32,000 bases of DNA from Rhodobacter capsulatus SB 1003 (GTDB lineage: Bacteria > Pseudomonadota > Alphaproteobacteria > Rhodobacterales > Rhodobacteraceae), in assembly GCF_000021865.1 (NCBI RefSeq), contig NC_014034.1, positions 1,260,001-1,292,000 of the forward strand, given 5' to 3'. The position numbers and the translations under genes were made by a program. This document shows positions 7,288-16,300 of this stretch, one piece after another. Numbering within the stretch: the stretch's first letter is position 1; each line of letters opens with the position of its first letter. Below the pieces are notes generated by a model. The model had not been told where the DNA came from. It worked only from the letters and a program-made list of their open reading frames with translations, and did not search any database.

Positions 7288-8360
7288 TGTATGTGGCAAC
7301 CAAAGGCGGCGAGCGGGCGATCGATGCCGCCCATGCCTGGCTGGCCGAGGAGCGCCGCGGCGATCGGGCCGTGCCCGAGCTGTCGGTGGCGCAGATCGCC
7401 GAACAGATGACGCTCGCGGTGAACCGGGTGATGGCCGAGGGCTCGCTTTATGACCGCGAGCTGGCGGCCTTGGCGATCAAGCAGGCCCGCGGCGATCTGA
7501 TCGAGGCGGTGTTCCTGCTGCGCGCCTATCGCACGACGCTGCCGCGCTTTGGCGCAAGCCTGCCCGTCGACACCGGGACGATGCAGATTTCGCGCCGGAT
7601 TTCCGCCACTTTCAAGGATGTGCCGGGCGGGCAGCTGCTGGGGCCGACCTTCGATTACACGCATCGGCTGCTGGATTTCGCGCTTTTGGCCGAGGGGGAG
7701 GTGCCGCCCGCCGCCCGCGCCCCCGCCCCGGACGAGGCCTGCCCGCATGTGCTGGGGCTTCTCGACCGCGACGGGCTGATGGAACCCGTGACCGCGGGCG
7801 CCGAAACGCCCGCCGATCTGACGCGCGAACCGCTCGAGCTGCCCGCGTCGCGCGCCTTGCGGCTGCAGGCGCTGGCGCGGGCGGACGAGGGCTTCACGCT
7901 CGGTCTCGCCTATTCCACCCAGCGCGGCTACGGGCGCACCCATGCCTTTGTCGGCGAATTGCGCATCGGCCTTTGCGCGGTCGAGCTGGAGATCCCCGAA
8001 CTCGGGCTCACCATCGAGATCGGCGAAGTCGAGCTGACCGAATGCGAGACGGTGAACCAGTTCACCGGCTCGAAGTCCGAGCCGGCGCAATTCACCCGCG
8101 GCTACGGGCTGGTCTTCGGCCAGTCCGAGCGCAAGGCGATTTCCATGAGCCTCGTTGACCGCGCCCTGCGCTGGGAGGAACTGGGCGAAGACCCCACCGG
8201 CGCCCCGGCGCAGGATGCGGAATTCGTGCTGAGCCATTGCGACAACATTCAGGCGACGGGGTTTCTGGAGCATATCAAGCTGCCCCATTACGTCGATTTC
8301 CAGTCCGAACTGGAACTGATCCGGCGCCTGCGCCGCGAGGCCGGGGGGGCGGGGCAATGA
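7287..8360 (+). CDS. phnI: C-P lyase subunit PhnI (ribosyl-phosphonate forming)
   Basis: MYVATKGGERAI start whose ATG overlaps the phnH TGA by 1 nt. The PhnI-like sequence runs throughout (AIKQARGDLIEAVFLLRAYRTTLPRF, GYGRTHAF, LPHYVDFQSEL). Confidence 0.9.
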   Translation: MYVATKGGERAIDAAHAWLAEERRGDRAVPELSVAQIAEQMTLAVNRVMAEGSLYDRELAALAIKQARGDLIEAVFLLRAYRTTLPRFGASLPVDTGTMQISRRISATFKDVPGGQLLGPTFDYTHRLLDFALLAEGEVPPAARAPAPDEACPHVLGLLDRDGLMEPVTAGAETPADLTREPLELPASRALRLQALARADEGFTLGLAYSTQRGYGRTHAFVGELRIGLCAVELEIPELGLTIEIGEVELTECETVNQFTGSKSEPAQFTRGYGLVFGQSERKAISMSLVDRALRWEELGEDPTGAPAQDAEFVLSHCDNIQATGFLEHIKLPHYVDFQSELELIRRLRREAGGAGQ

Positions 8361-8362
8361 CC

Positions 8363-8485
8363 TCAGTCTTCGTCTTTGCCCGGCGCGGTTCTGTCCTCTC
8401 CGGGAGGATCGCCGCCCGCCTTGGTGCGCAGGAACGATCCGACGAGGAACGCGCCCGCCACCGCGAAAAAGATCCAGTGCAACAT
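8363..8485 (-). CDS. Unannotated 40-codon ORF encoding a single-TM peptide, antisense within the phnI-phnJ spacer
   Basis: My hand reverse-complement of 8363-8485 gives MLHWIFFAVAGAFLVGSFLRTKAGGDPPGEDRTAPGKDED*. By my count 33 of 40 codons end in G/C, like real genes here. AAGGAACGGACGG precedes the ATG. In-frame ATGs at 8512 and 8515 would add MMAPGTRNGR. It is below the 60-aa cutoff of the track. Confidence 0.35.
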   Translation of the reverse strand: MLHWIFFAVAGAFLVGSFLRTKAGGDPPGEDRTAPGKDED

Positions 8486-8513
8486 CCGTCCGTTCCTTGT
8501 TCCGGGGGCCATC

Positions 8514-9377
8514 ATGTCTGAGGGCTACAGCTTCGCCTATCTTGACGCCGCAACCAAGCGGATGATCCGTCGCGCCCTTTTGAAGGCTTTGGCCGTGCCG
8601 GGCTATCAGGTGCCCTTTGCCTCGCGCGAAATGCCGATGCCCTATGGCTGGGGCACCGGCGGCGTGCAGGTGACGGCGGCCTGCCTGATCCCCGAGGACG
8701 TGCTGAAGGTGATCGACCAGGGCGCCGATGACACCACGAACGCGGTTTCGATCCGCCGCTTCTTCGAGCGCACGGCGGGGGTGGCCACGACCACGCATAC
8801 GCAAGACGCCACGCTGATCCAGACCCGCCACCGCATCCCGGAAGCCCCGCTGAGCGAGGATCAGATCCTGGTCTTTCAGGTGCCGATCCCCGAGCCGCTG
8901 CGCTTTCTGGAACCGCGCGAGGCCGAGACGCGGCGGATGCATGCCCTGGCCGATTACGGGCTGATGCATGTGAAATTATACGAGGATATCGCGCGGCACG
9001 GGGCGATTGCGACCTCTTATGCCTATCCGGTGCTGGTCGAGGGGCGTCATGTGATGGACCCCAGCCCGATCCCGAAATTCGACAATCCGAAACTGAGCGA
9101 TTGCCCGGCGATCCAGCTTTTCGGCGCCGGGCGGGAATGCCGCATCCATGCGCTGCCGCCCTATACCCGCGTGGTCAGCCTTGATTTCGAGGATCACCCG
9201 TTCGAGGCGACGAAGGCCGAGGCCGCCTGCGATCTGTGCGGCGCCGGGACCAGCTATCTGGACGAAGTGATCACCGATGATGCGGGCGGGCGGATGTTTT
9301 GCTGCTCGGACACCGATTTCTGCGCCGGGCGGCGGGCGGCCGGGCATCTGGGGCGATTGTCGGAGGGGGCCGCGTGA
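8514..9377 (+). CDS. phnJ: C-P lyase catalytic radical-SAM subunit PhnJ
   Basis: MSEGYSFAYLDAATKRMIRRALLKALAVPGYQVPFASREMPMPYGWGTGG aligns from residue 1 with E. coli PhnJ as I remember it. The C-terminal Cys cluster is present (CDLCGAGTSYLDEV...FCCSDTDFC). The track ORF 8376.. is an upstream over-extension. Confidence 0.92.
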   Translation: MSEGYSFAYLDAATKRMIRRALLKALAVPGYQVPFASREMPMPYGWGTGGVQVTAACLIPEDVLKVIDQGADDTTNAVSIRRFFERTAGVATTTHTQDATLIQTRHRIPEAPLSEDQILVFQVPIPEPLRFLEPREAETRRMHALADYGLMHVKLYEDIARHGAIATSYAYPVLVEGRHVMDPSPIPKFDNPKLSDCPAIQLFGAGRECRIHALPPYTRVVSLDFEDHPFEATKAEAACDLCGAGTSYLDEVITDDAGGRMFCCSDTDFCAGRRAAGHLGRLSEGAA

Positions 9378-10183
9378 TGGAGAGCGCGCAAGGGCGTATT
9401 TGGGCCAAGAAAAAGCCGGAGCCGGAAGCGGGGCCGCTTTTGCTGGTCGAGGGTCTGGGCAAGGCCTGGGGGGCGCGGATCGGCTGTGCCGATGTGGGCT
9501 TTGATCTTTACCCCGGCGAGGTTCTGGGGATCGTCGGCGAAAGCGGCTCGGGGAAATCGACACTGCTCGGCTGTCTGGCCGGGCATCTGGCGGCGGATAC
9601 CGGGCGGATCCTTTATCGTGGCCGCGATCTGCGGGCAATGGCAGAACCCGAGCGGCGGCATCTGGCGCGCACCGAATGGGCTTTCGTGCATCAGAACCCG
9701 CGCGACGGGCTGCGCATGGGGGTGACGGCGGGGGCGAATGTCGGCGAGCGGCTGATGGCGGTCGGCGCGCGGCATTACGGCGCGATCCGGGCCACCGCGA
9801 CCGACTGGCTGGGCCGGGTCGAGATCGACCCCGCCCGGATCGACGACCGGCCGCGCGCCTTTTCGGGCGGCATGCAGCAGCGGCTGCAGATCGCGCGCAA
9901 TCTGGTGACCGGGCCGCGGCTGGTCCTGATGGACGAGCCGACCGGGGGGCTTGATGTCTCGGTGCAGGCGCGGCTTCTGGATCTGCTGCGGGAGTTGGTG
10001 CGCGAGATGGGTCTGGCGGTGATCCTCGTCACCCATGATCTGGCCGTGGCGCGGCTTCTGGCCGACCGGCTGATGGTGATGAAGGACGGCCGGGTGATCG
10101 AGGCGGGGCTGACCGATCAGGTGCTCGACGATCCGCAGGCGGCCTATACGCAGCTTCTTGTTTCCTCTGTCCTGCAGGTCTGA
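9377..10183 (+). CDS. phnK: C-P lyase-associated ATP-binding protein PhnK
   Basis: The ATG at 9377 overlaps the phn[31 protein letters not shown] and [23 protein letters not shown] are present, and the C-terminus [11 protein letters not shown] is nearly identical to E. coli PhnK. Confidence 0.9.
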   Translation: MESAQGRIWAKKKPEPEAGPLLLVEGLGKAWGARIGCADVGFDLYPGEVLGIVGESGSGKSTLLGCLAGHLAADTGRILYRGRDLRAMAEPERRHLARTEWAFVHQNPRDGLRMGVTAGANVGERLMAVGARHYGAIRATATDWLGRVEIDPARIDDRPRAFSGGMQQRLQIARNLVTGPRLVLMDEPTGGLDVSVQARLLDLLRELVREMGLAVILVTHDLAVARLLADRLMVMKDGRVIEAGLTDQVLDDPQAAYTQLLVSSVLQV

Positions 10184-10187
10184 GCCG

Positions 10188-10871
10188 ATGATCGAGATCG
10201 AAAATCTGTGCAAAAGCTTCACCTTGCACAATCAGGGCGCGGCAGTGCTGCCGGTGCTGGCGGGGGCATCGCTGCGCGTGGCGGCGGGGGAATGCGTGGC
10301 GCTGACCGGCGCTTCGGGCAGCGGGAAATCGACGCTGATGCGGATGATCTGGGGCAATTACCGCGCCGAGACGGGGCGGCTGCGGGTGGGGGGGCTCGAT
10401 CTGACCACGGCGACGGCCCGGCAGATCATCGCGCTGCGCCGCGACCGGCTGGGCTATGTCAGCCAGTTCCTGCGCGTCCTGCCGCGCGTGCCCGCCCTGC
10501 GCGTCGTGGCCGAGCCGCTTCTGGCGCTGGGCACGCCCGAGCCGCAGGCGCTGACCCGGGCGGCAGAGCTGCTGACCCGGCTCAACATCCCCGAGCGGCT
10601 CTGGTCGCTCTCGCCCACCACCTTTTCGGGCGGCGAGCAGCAGCGGGTGAACATCGCCCGCGGCTTTGCCCATCCGTTCCCGGTGCTGCTGCTCGACGAG
10701 CCCACCGCCTCGCTTGATGCGCTCAACCGCGCCGTGGTGCTCGATCTGATCGGCGAGGCCAGGGCCCGCGGCGCAGCCCTTCTGGGCATCTTCCACGACG
10801 AAGCCGCGCGCGCGCAGGTCGCCGACCGGCTGGTCGATGTCACCGCCTTCACCCCCGCGAGGGTCGCATGA
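10188..10871 (+). CDS. phnL: C-P lyase-associated ATP-binding protein PhnL
   Basis: [17 protein letters not shown] start 4 nt after the phnK stop. Walker [24 protein letters not shown] and [11 protein letters not shown] are present. Confidence 0.9.
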   Translation: MIEIENLCKSFTLHNQGAAVLPVLAGASLRVAAGECVALTGASGSGKSTLMRMIWGNYRAETGRLRVGGLDLTTATARQIIALRRDRLGYVSQFLRVLPRVPALRVVAEPLLALGTPEPQALTRAAELLTRLNIPERLWSLSPTTFSGGEQQRVNIARGFAHPFPVLLLDEPTASLDALNRAVVLDLIGEARARGAALLGIFHDEAARAQVADRLVDVTAFTPARVA

Positions 10872-11422
10872 CCGGGCGGCTTTTCGCCATCGTCGGCCCC
10901 TCGGGCGCGGGCAAGGACCGGCTGATCGCCGGGCTGATCGCGGCGCGGCCCGAGATCCACCGGGCGCGGCGCACGATCACCCGGCCGCCCGCCGAAAGCG
11001 AGGATTTCGAAAGCCTGTCGGCGGCCGAATTTGCCGCGCTGCGGGGCCGTGGCGGCTTTGCGCTGTCCTGGCTCGCGCATGGGCTGGGCTATGGCCTGCG
11101 GGCGGCCGAGCTGGCGCCGCTGGCCGCGGGGCGTGACGTGATCTTCAACGGCTCGCGCGCGGCGCTGCCCGAATGTCTGGCGGCCTTCCCGCAGCTGCGG
11201 GTGATCGAGATCACCGCCGCGCCCGCCGTGCTGCAGGCGCGGCTGGCCGGGCGCGGCCGCGAAGACGGGGCCGAGATCGCCCGGCGGCTTGACCGCGCCG
11301 CGCTGGCCTTGCCGCCGGGGATCGGGGCGGTGCGGATCGTCAATGACGGGCCGCCCGAGGCGGGGATCGCCGCGCTGATCGCGGCGCTTCAGCCCGCCAG
11401 CGCCTGCGCCGCCAGCAGATGA
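10868..11422 (+). CDS. phnN: Ribose 1,5-bisphosphate phosphokinase PhnN
   Basis: ATGA overlap with phnL. P-loop GPSGAGKD, guanylate-kinase-like size (184 aa), and the RTITRP and [11 protein letters not shown] motifs typical of PhnN. Confidence 0.85.
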   Translation: MTGRLFAIVGPSGAGKDRLIAGLIAARPEIHRARRTITRPPAESEDFESLSAAEFAALRGRGGFALSWLAHGLGYGLRAAELAPLAAGRDVIFNGSRAALPECLAAFPQLRVIEITAAPAVLQARLAGRGREDGAEIARRLDRAALALPPGIGAVRIVNDGPPEAGIAALIAALQPASACAASR

Positions 11423-12063
11423 AACCGCCCGCCCTCATCCTCGCCGAACAGGCACAGCCGGTCGATCTGCACCGGTCGGGCCAGATGCGGCGCAAAGAAT
11501 GCCTGCGCAAGGGGGGCAAGCCGGGCCAGTTCCTCGGGCGCCAGATCGCCGGTCAGCGACAGGTGAAAGCGGAATTCTTCGAACACATAAGGATAGCCGA
11601 AGGCGTGCAGAAGCTCGGCTTGCCGGGGGCTGAGCCGGTCGGGCTGACGCCGGGCGATCTCGGCGACGCTCAGCGGCGCGCGGAAGGGCTCGAAGGCCGT
11701 GACGACCTCTGCGGCAAGGCGGGTCAGCGCCTCGGGCTGGGGCTGCGGGCAAAGCGCAAGGAACCGCCCCAGCCGGGTCACCGCAAGGCCGGGCAGGGGC
11801 ACCGGGGCAAGCTGGCCCGCCAGCGCGGCCAGGGCCGCGTGCAGATCGCGGGGCGTCACCCCTTCGGCCAGCCGGAACGGGGCCTTGAGCGTGGCGTGAA
11901 AGCCGTATTTGCGCGGGGCCGCGGTGGCGACCGCGAGCCCGGCGATGGCAGGCTGGCCGGTCGGACGGCCGCTGGCGGCATCCCAGCCGAGCCAGTCCGA
12001 CCCGGCCTGCCAGAGCCCCGCCTCGGCGGGGGCGAAATAAAGCGCGTAGCGTTTGATCATCAT
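11389..12063 (-). CDS. DUF1045-type putative phosphonate metabolism protein, 2H phosphoesterase fold
   Basis: Start chosen at the ATGATG at 12063/12060 (MMIKRYALYFAP). Two H-x-[TS]-x motifs are visible (GFHATLKAPF and RFHLSLTGDL). The gene is embedded between phnN and phnM and overlaps the phnN 3' end by 34 bp. Confidence 0.75.
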   Translation of the reverse strand: MMIKRYALYFAPAEAGLWQAGSDWLGWDAASGRPTGQPAIAGLAVATAAPRKYGFHATLKAPFRLAEGVTPRDLHAALAALAGQLAPVPLPGLAVTRLGRFLALCPQPQPEALTRLAAEVVTAFEPFRAPLSVAEIARRQPDRLSPRQAELLHAFGYPYVFEEFRFHLSLTGDLAPEELARLAPLAQAFFAPHLARPVQIDRLCLFGEDEGGRFHLLAAQALAG

Positions 12064-12107
12064 GGCCCCGCCTTCGCACCAAAGCGTCACCGCCATGTGA
12101 CAATCGC

Positions 12108-12125
12108 CTGCCAAACCCCTGTTTG
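12108..12125 (+). promoter_or_regulatory. Second copy of the Pho-box-like direct repeat, in the DUF1045/phnM divergent spacer
   Basis: CTGCCAA-ACCC-CTGTTTG with 11-bp phasing, sharing CTGCCA-N5-CTGTT with the site at 740-757. It sits only 25 bp before the phnM ATG, which is closer than expected for a -35-replacing Pho box. Confidence 0.25.
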
Positions 12126-12149
12126 CAAACAAAACCCCCGGAGAAACGG

Positions 12150-13292
12150 ATGACCGAGACGATTTTGGCCAATGCCATGCTGGTTCTGCCCGAGGGGGTG
12201 CGGCCCGGGCATCTGCTGCTGCGCGACGGGCTGATCGCCGAGATCGGCGCGGGCCGCGCGGTGCCGAAAGGGGCGCTTGACTGCGAAGGCGATCTGCTGG
12301 CGCCGGGGCTGATCGAGCTGCACACCGACAATCTGGAGCGCCATATCGAGCCGCGCCCGAAGGTGGCCTGGCCGCATGCGGATGCGATCATCGCCCATGA
12401 TGCCGAGCTTTGTTCGGTGGGCATCACCACGGTGTTCGACGCGCTGCGGGTGGGCTCGATCGGGACCTCGGGGCGGTCGGATTACCGCGAATATGCCCGG
12501 GCTTTGGCCGATGAAATCCTGCAGATGCGGGCGCGCGACGGGTTCCGGATCTCGCATTACCTGCATCTGCGCGCCGAGATCTGTTCGGAAACGCTGCTCG
12601 ACGAGCTGGCGAAATTCGGCCCCGAGGATCGGGTGGGCATCGTCAGCCTGATGGATCACACCCCCGGCGCGCGGCAGTTTCGCGACCTCTCGAAGCTGCG
12701 CGATTATGTGCGCAAGAAACACGGGCTGAGCGAGGCGGAGTTTCTGGCCCATGTGGAGCAGGAAAAGGCGCTGAGGGCGCGGCACGGCGCGGCGCATGAG
12801 GCGGGGGCGGTGGCGGCCGCGCGCCGTCTGGGCGCGGCGCTGGCCAGCCATGACGACACCACGGCCGAGCATGTCGCGGTGTCGCGGGCGCATGGGGTGC
12901 GCTTTGCCGAGTTTCCGACCACCTTCGAGGCGGCGCAGGCCTGTCGCGCCCATGGCATCGCGGTGATGATGGGGGCGCCGAACCTGATCCGCGGCGGCTC
13001 GCATTCGGGCAATGTCGCGGCGCAGGCGCTGGCCGAGGCGGATCTGCTCGATATCCTGTCCTCGGATTACGTGCCGGGGGCGCTTTTGTCGGCGGCGCTG
13101 CTTCTGGGCGACATCTGGGGTGATGTGGCGCGCGGGCTCTCCACGGTGACGGCGGCGCCGGCGCAGGCGGTGGGGCTGGGCGATCGCGGCCGGATCGTGC
13201 CGGGGCTGCGCGCCGATCTGATCCGGGCGCATCGGGTGGAGCGCACGGCGGCGCTGCGCGGGGTCTGGGTGCGCGGGCGCCGCGTCGGCTGA
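12150..13292 (+). CDS. phnM: Alpha-D-ribose 1-methylphosphonate 5-triphosphate diphosphatase PhnM (amidohydrolase superfamily)
   Basis: The ATG at 12150 is preceded by GGAGAAACGG. The N-terminus aligns with E. coli PhnM (ILANAMLVLPEG...). The metal-binding ELHTDNLERH, the SHDD motif (ASHDDTTAEHV) and SSDYVP are present. Confidence 0.85.
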   Translation: MTETILANAMLVLPEGVRPGHLLLRDGLIAEIGAGRAVPKGALDCEGDLLAPGLIELHTDNLERHIEPRPKVAWPHADAIIAHDAELCSVGITTVFDALRVGSIGTSGRSDYREYARALADEILQMRARDGFRISHYLHLRAEICSETLLDELAKFGPEDRVGIVSLMDHTPGARQFRDLSKLRDYVRKKHGLSEAEFLAHVEQEKALRARHGAAHEAGAVAAARRLGAALASHDDTTAEHVAVSRAHGVRFAEFPTTFEAAQACRAHGIAVMMGAPNLIRGGSHSGNVAAQALAEADLLDILSSDYVPGALLSAALLLGDIWGDVARGLSTVTAAPAQAVGLGDRGRIVPGLRADLIRAHRVERTAALRGVWVRGRRVG

Positions 13293-13296
13293 CGCA

Positions 13297-13321
13297 AACG
13301 GGCGCCCAAGGGGCGCCCGTT
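13297..13321. terminator. Perfect 11-bp stem hairpin between convergent phnM and pyc (candidate bidirectional terminator)
   Basis: AACGGGCGCCC (13297-13307) - AAG - GGGCGCCCGTT (13311-13321). It lies 5 nt after the phnM stop and 23 nt after the pyc stop. U-tracts are weak on both strands. Confidence 0.5.
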
Positions 13322-13343
13322 GCCTGTTCCGGTGCGGACCGGC

Positions 13344-16300
13344 TTATTCCAGCTCGATCAGCAGGTCTTTCGCGTCGATCTGGGCCCCCGGGGCGACATG
13401 CAGCGCCTTGACCGTGGCTTCGCGGTCGGCATGCAGGCCGGTTTCCATCTTCATCGCCTCGATCGTCAGCATCAGATCCCCCGGCCGCAGCTTTTGCCCC
13501 ACCGTCACCGCCACCGCGGCGATCGAGCCCGGCATCGGCGCGCCGACATGGCCCGGATTGGCCGGATCGGCCTTGGGCTTGGCCTTGGTCGCGGCCTTGA
13601 CCTGCCGGTTCGGCACCCGCACCGCGCGCGGCTGGCCGTTGAGTTCGAAGAAGACCTTGGCATCGCCGGTCTCGTCGGTCTCGCCCACGGTCTGCAGCCG
13701 GATTTCCAGCGTCTTGCCCGGGTCGATCTCGGCCGAGATTTCCGAGCCGGGCGCCATGCCGTAGAAGAAGACCGGGGTGGGCAGCGTCCGCACCGGGCCA
13801 TAGACCCGATGCCGCCCCATGTAATCAAGGAAGACCTTGGGATACATGAGGTATCCCGCCAGATCCTCGTCATCGACGGCGCGGCCTTCCATCTCGGCGG
13901 AAAGCTTCGTGCGCACGGCTTCCAGATCGACCGGGGGCAGGTGCTTGCCGGGCCGGTCCGTGCTGGGGGTCTCGCCCTTGAGCACCTTGGCCACGATCGC
14001 CTCGGGCCAGCCGCCGGGCGGTTGGCCCAGATTGCCGCGCAGCATGTCCACCACCGAGTCGGGGAAGGCCATGTCCTTGGCCGGGTTCAGCACGTCATCT
14101 TTCGTCAGGTTCTGCGCCACCATCATCAGCGCCATGTCGCCCACGACCTTGGACGACGGCGTGACCTTGACGATATCGCCGAAGATCTGGTTCGCATCGG
14201 CATAGGCCTGCGCCACCTCGTGCCAGCGTTCCTCAAGGCCAAGGGACCGCGCCTGCGCCTTCAAGTTGGTGAACTGCCCGCCGGGCATTTCATGCAGATA
14301 GACTTCCGAGGCCGGGGCTTCGAGACCGCTTTCAAAGGCGGCGTATTGATGCCGCACACCTTCCCAGTAGTTCGAAAGCGCGCGGATCGCGGCGATATCA
14401 AGGCCGGTGTCGCGCTCCGTATGCGCCATGGCCTCGACGATCGAGCCAAGGCAGGGCTGCGAGGTGCCGCCACTGAAAGCATCCATCGCCGCATCGACCG
14501 CATCCACCCCGGCCTCGGCCGCGGCCAGAACGGTGGCGCCCGCGATCCCCGACGTGTCATGGGTGTGGAAATGGATCGGCAGGCCGACCTCTTCCTTCAG
14601 CGCCTTCACCAGCGCGCGGGCGGCGGCGGGTTTCAATAGCCCGGCCATGTCTTTCAGCCCCAGAACATGGGCGCCCGCGGCCTCCAGTTCCTTCGCCATG
14701 CCGACGTAATAGTTCAGGTCGTATTTCGCCCGGTCGGGGTTCAGGATGTCGCCGGTGTAGCAGATCGTGCCCTCGCAGATCTTGTTGGCTTCAACGACCG
14801 CATCCATCGCCACGCGCATGTTCTCGACCCAGTTCAGGCTGTCGAAGACGCGGAAGACATCGACGCCCGATTTCGCCGCCTGGGCCACGAAAAACTGCAC
14901 CACATTGTCGGGGTAATTGGTGTAGCCGACCCCGTTCGAGGCGCGCAAAAGCATCTGCGTCAGGATGTTGGGCATGCGCGCGCGGATGTCGCGCAGCCGC
15001 TGCCAGGGGCATTCCTGCAAGAAGCGATAGGCGACGTCAAAGGTCGCGCCGCCCCAGCATTCGACCGAGAAAAGGCCGGGCAGGTTCGCCGCATAGACCG
15101 GCGCCGCCTTGATCATGTCGATCGAGCGCATCCGGGTGGCGAGCAAGCTTTGATGGCCGTCGCGCATCGTCGTGTCGGTGATCAAAAGCTTCTTCTGATC
15201 GCGCATCCAGTCGGCCACCGCCTTCGGCCCGTCGCGGTCGAGCCTGTCGCGGGTGCCGGGCACGACCGGGCCGCGCAGGGCGGGCAGGCGGGGCGGTTTC
15301 GCCTCGGCCGCGGGTTTCGGACGGCCCGCGGTCTCGGGGTGACCGTTCACCGAAATGTCGGCGATATAGGTCAGGATCTTCGTCGCCCGGTCGCGGCGCT
15401 TCTTGAAGGCAAAGAGATCCGGCGTCGTGTCGATGAACTTCGTCGTGTAGCTCATGTCGAGGAAGGTCGGATGCTTGAGCAGGTTGATGACGAAGTCGAT
15501 GTTCGTGCTGACGCCGCGGATGCGGAATTCGCGCAACGCCCGGTCCATCCGCTTGATCGCCTGATCGGGGTTTTGCGCCCAGGCGGTGACCTTCACCAGC
15601 AGGCTGTCATAATAGCGCGTGATCACCCCGCCCGCATAGGCCGTGCCGCCATCGAGCCGAATGCCCATGCCGGTGGCGGAGCGATAGGCGGTCAGACGGC
15701 CATAATCGGGGATGAAGTTGTTCTGCGGGTCCTCGGTCGTGACCCGGCATTGCAGCGCATGGCCGTTCAGTTTCACCCCGGATTGATCGGCAACCCCGGT
15801 CGCCTCGGCCAAGGTCGCGCCTTCAGCAATGCGGATCTGGCTTTGCACGATGTCGATGCCGGTGACCTGTTCGGTGACCGTATGTTCGACCTGCACGCGC
15901 GGGTTCACCTCGATGAAGTAGAACTTGCTCGTGTCCATATCCATCAGGAATTCGACCGTGCCCGCGTTCTGATAGCCGACCGCATTGCCGATCTTGAGCG
16001 CCAGCGCGCAGACCTCGGCGCGTTGGGCTTCGGTCAGATAGGGGGCGGGGGCGCGTTCGACGACCTTCTGGTTGCGCCGCTGCACGGTGCAGTCACGCTC
16101 GTAAAGGTGATAAAGCCCGCCGTGGCTGTCGCCAAGCAGCTGCACTTCCACATGCCGGGCGCGCAGGATCATCTTTTCCAGATAGCCCTCGCCATTGCCA
16201 AAGGCGGCCTCGGCCTCGCGGCGGCCCTCGCGGACCTTTTCGACCAGTTCATCGGGGCCAAGGATCGGGCGCATGCCGCGCCCGCCGCCGCCCCAGCTGG

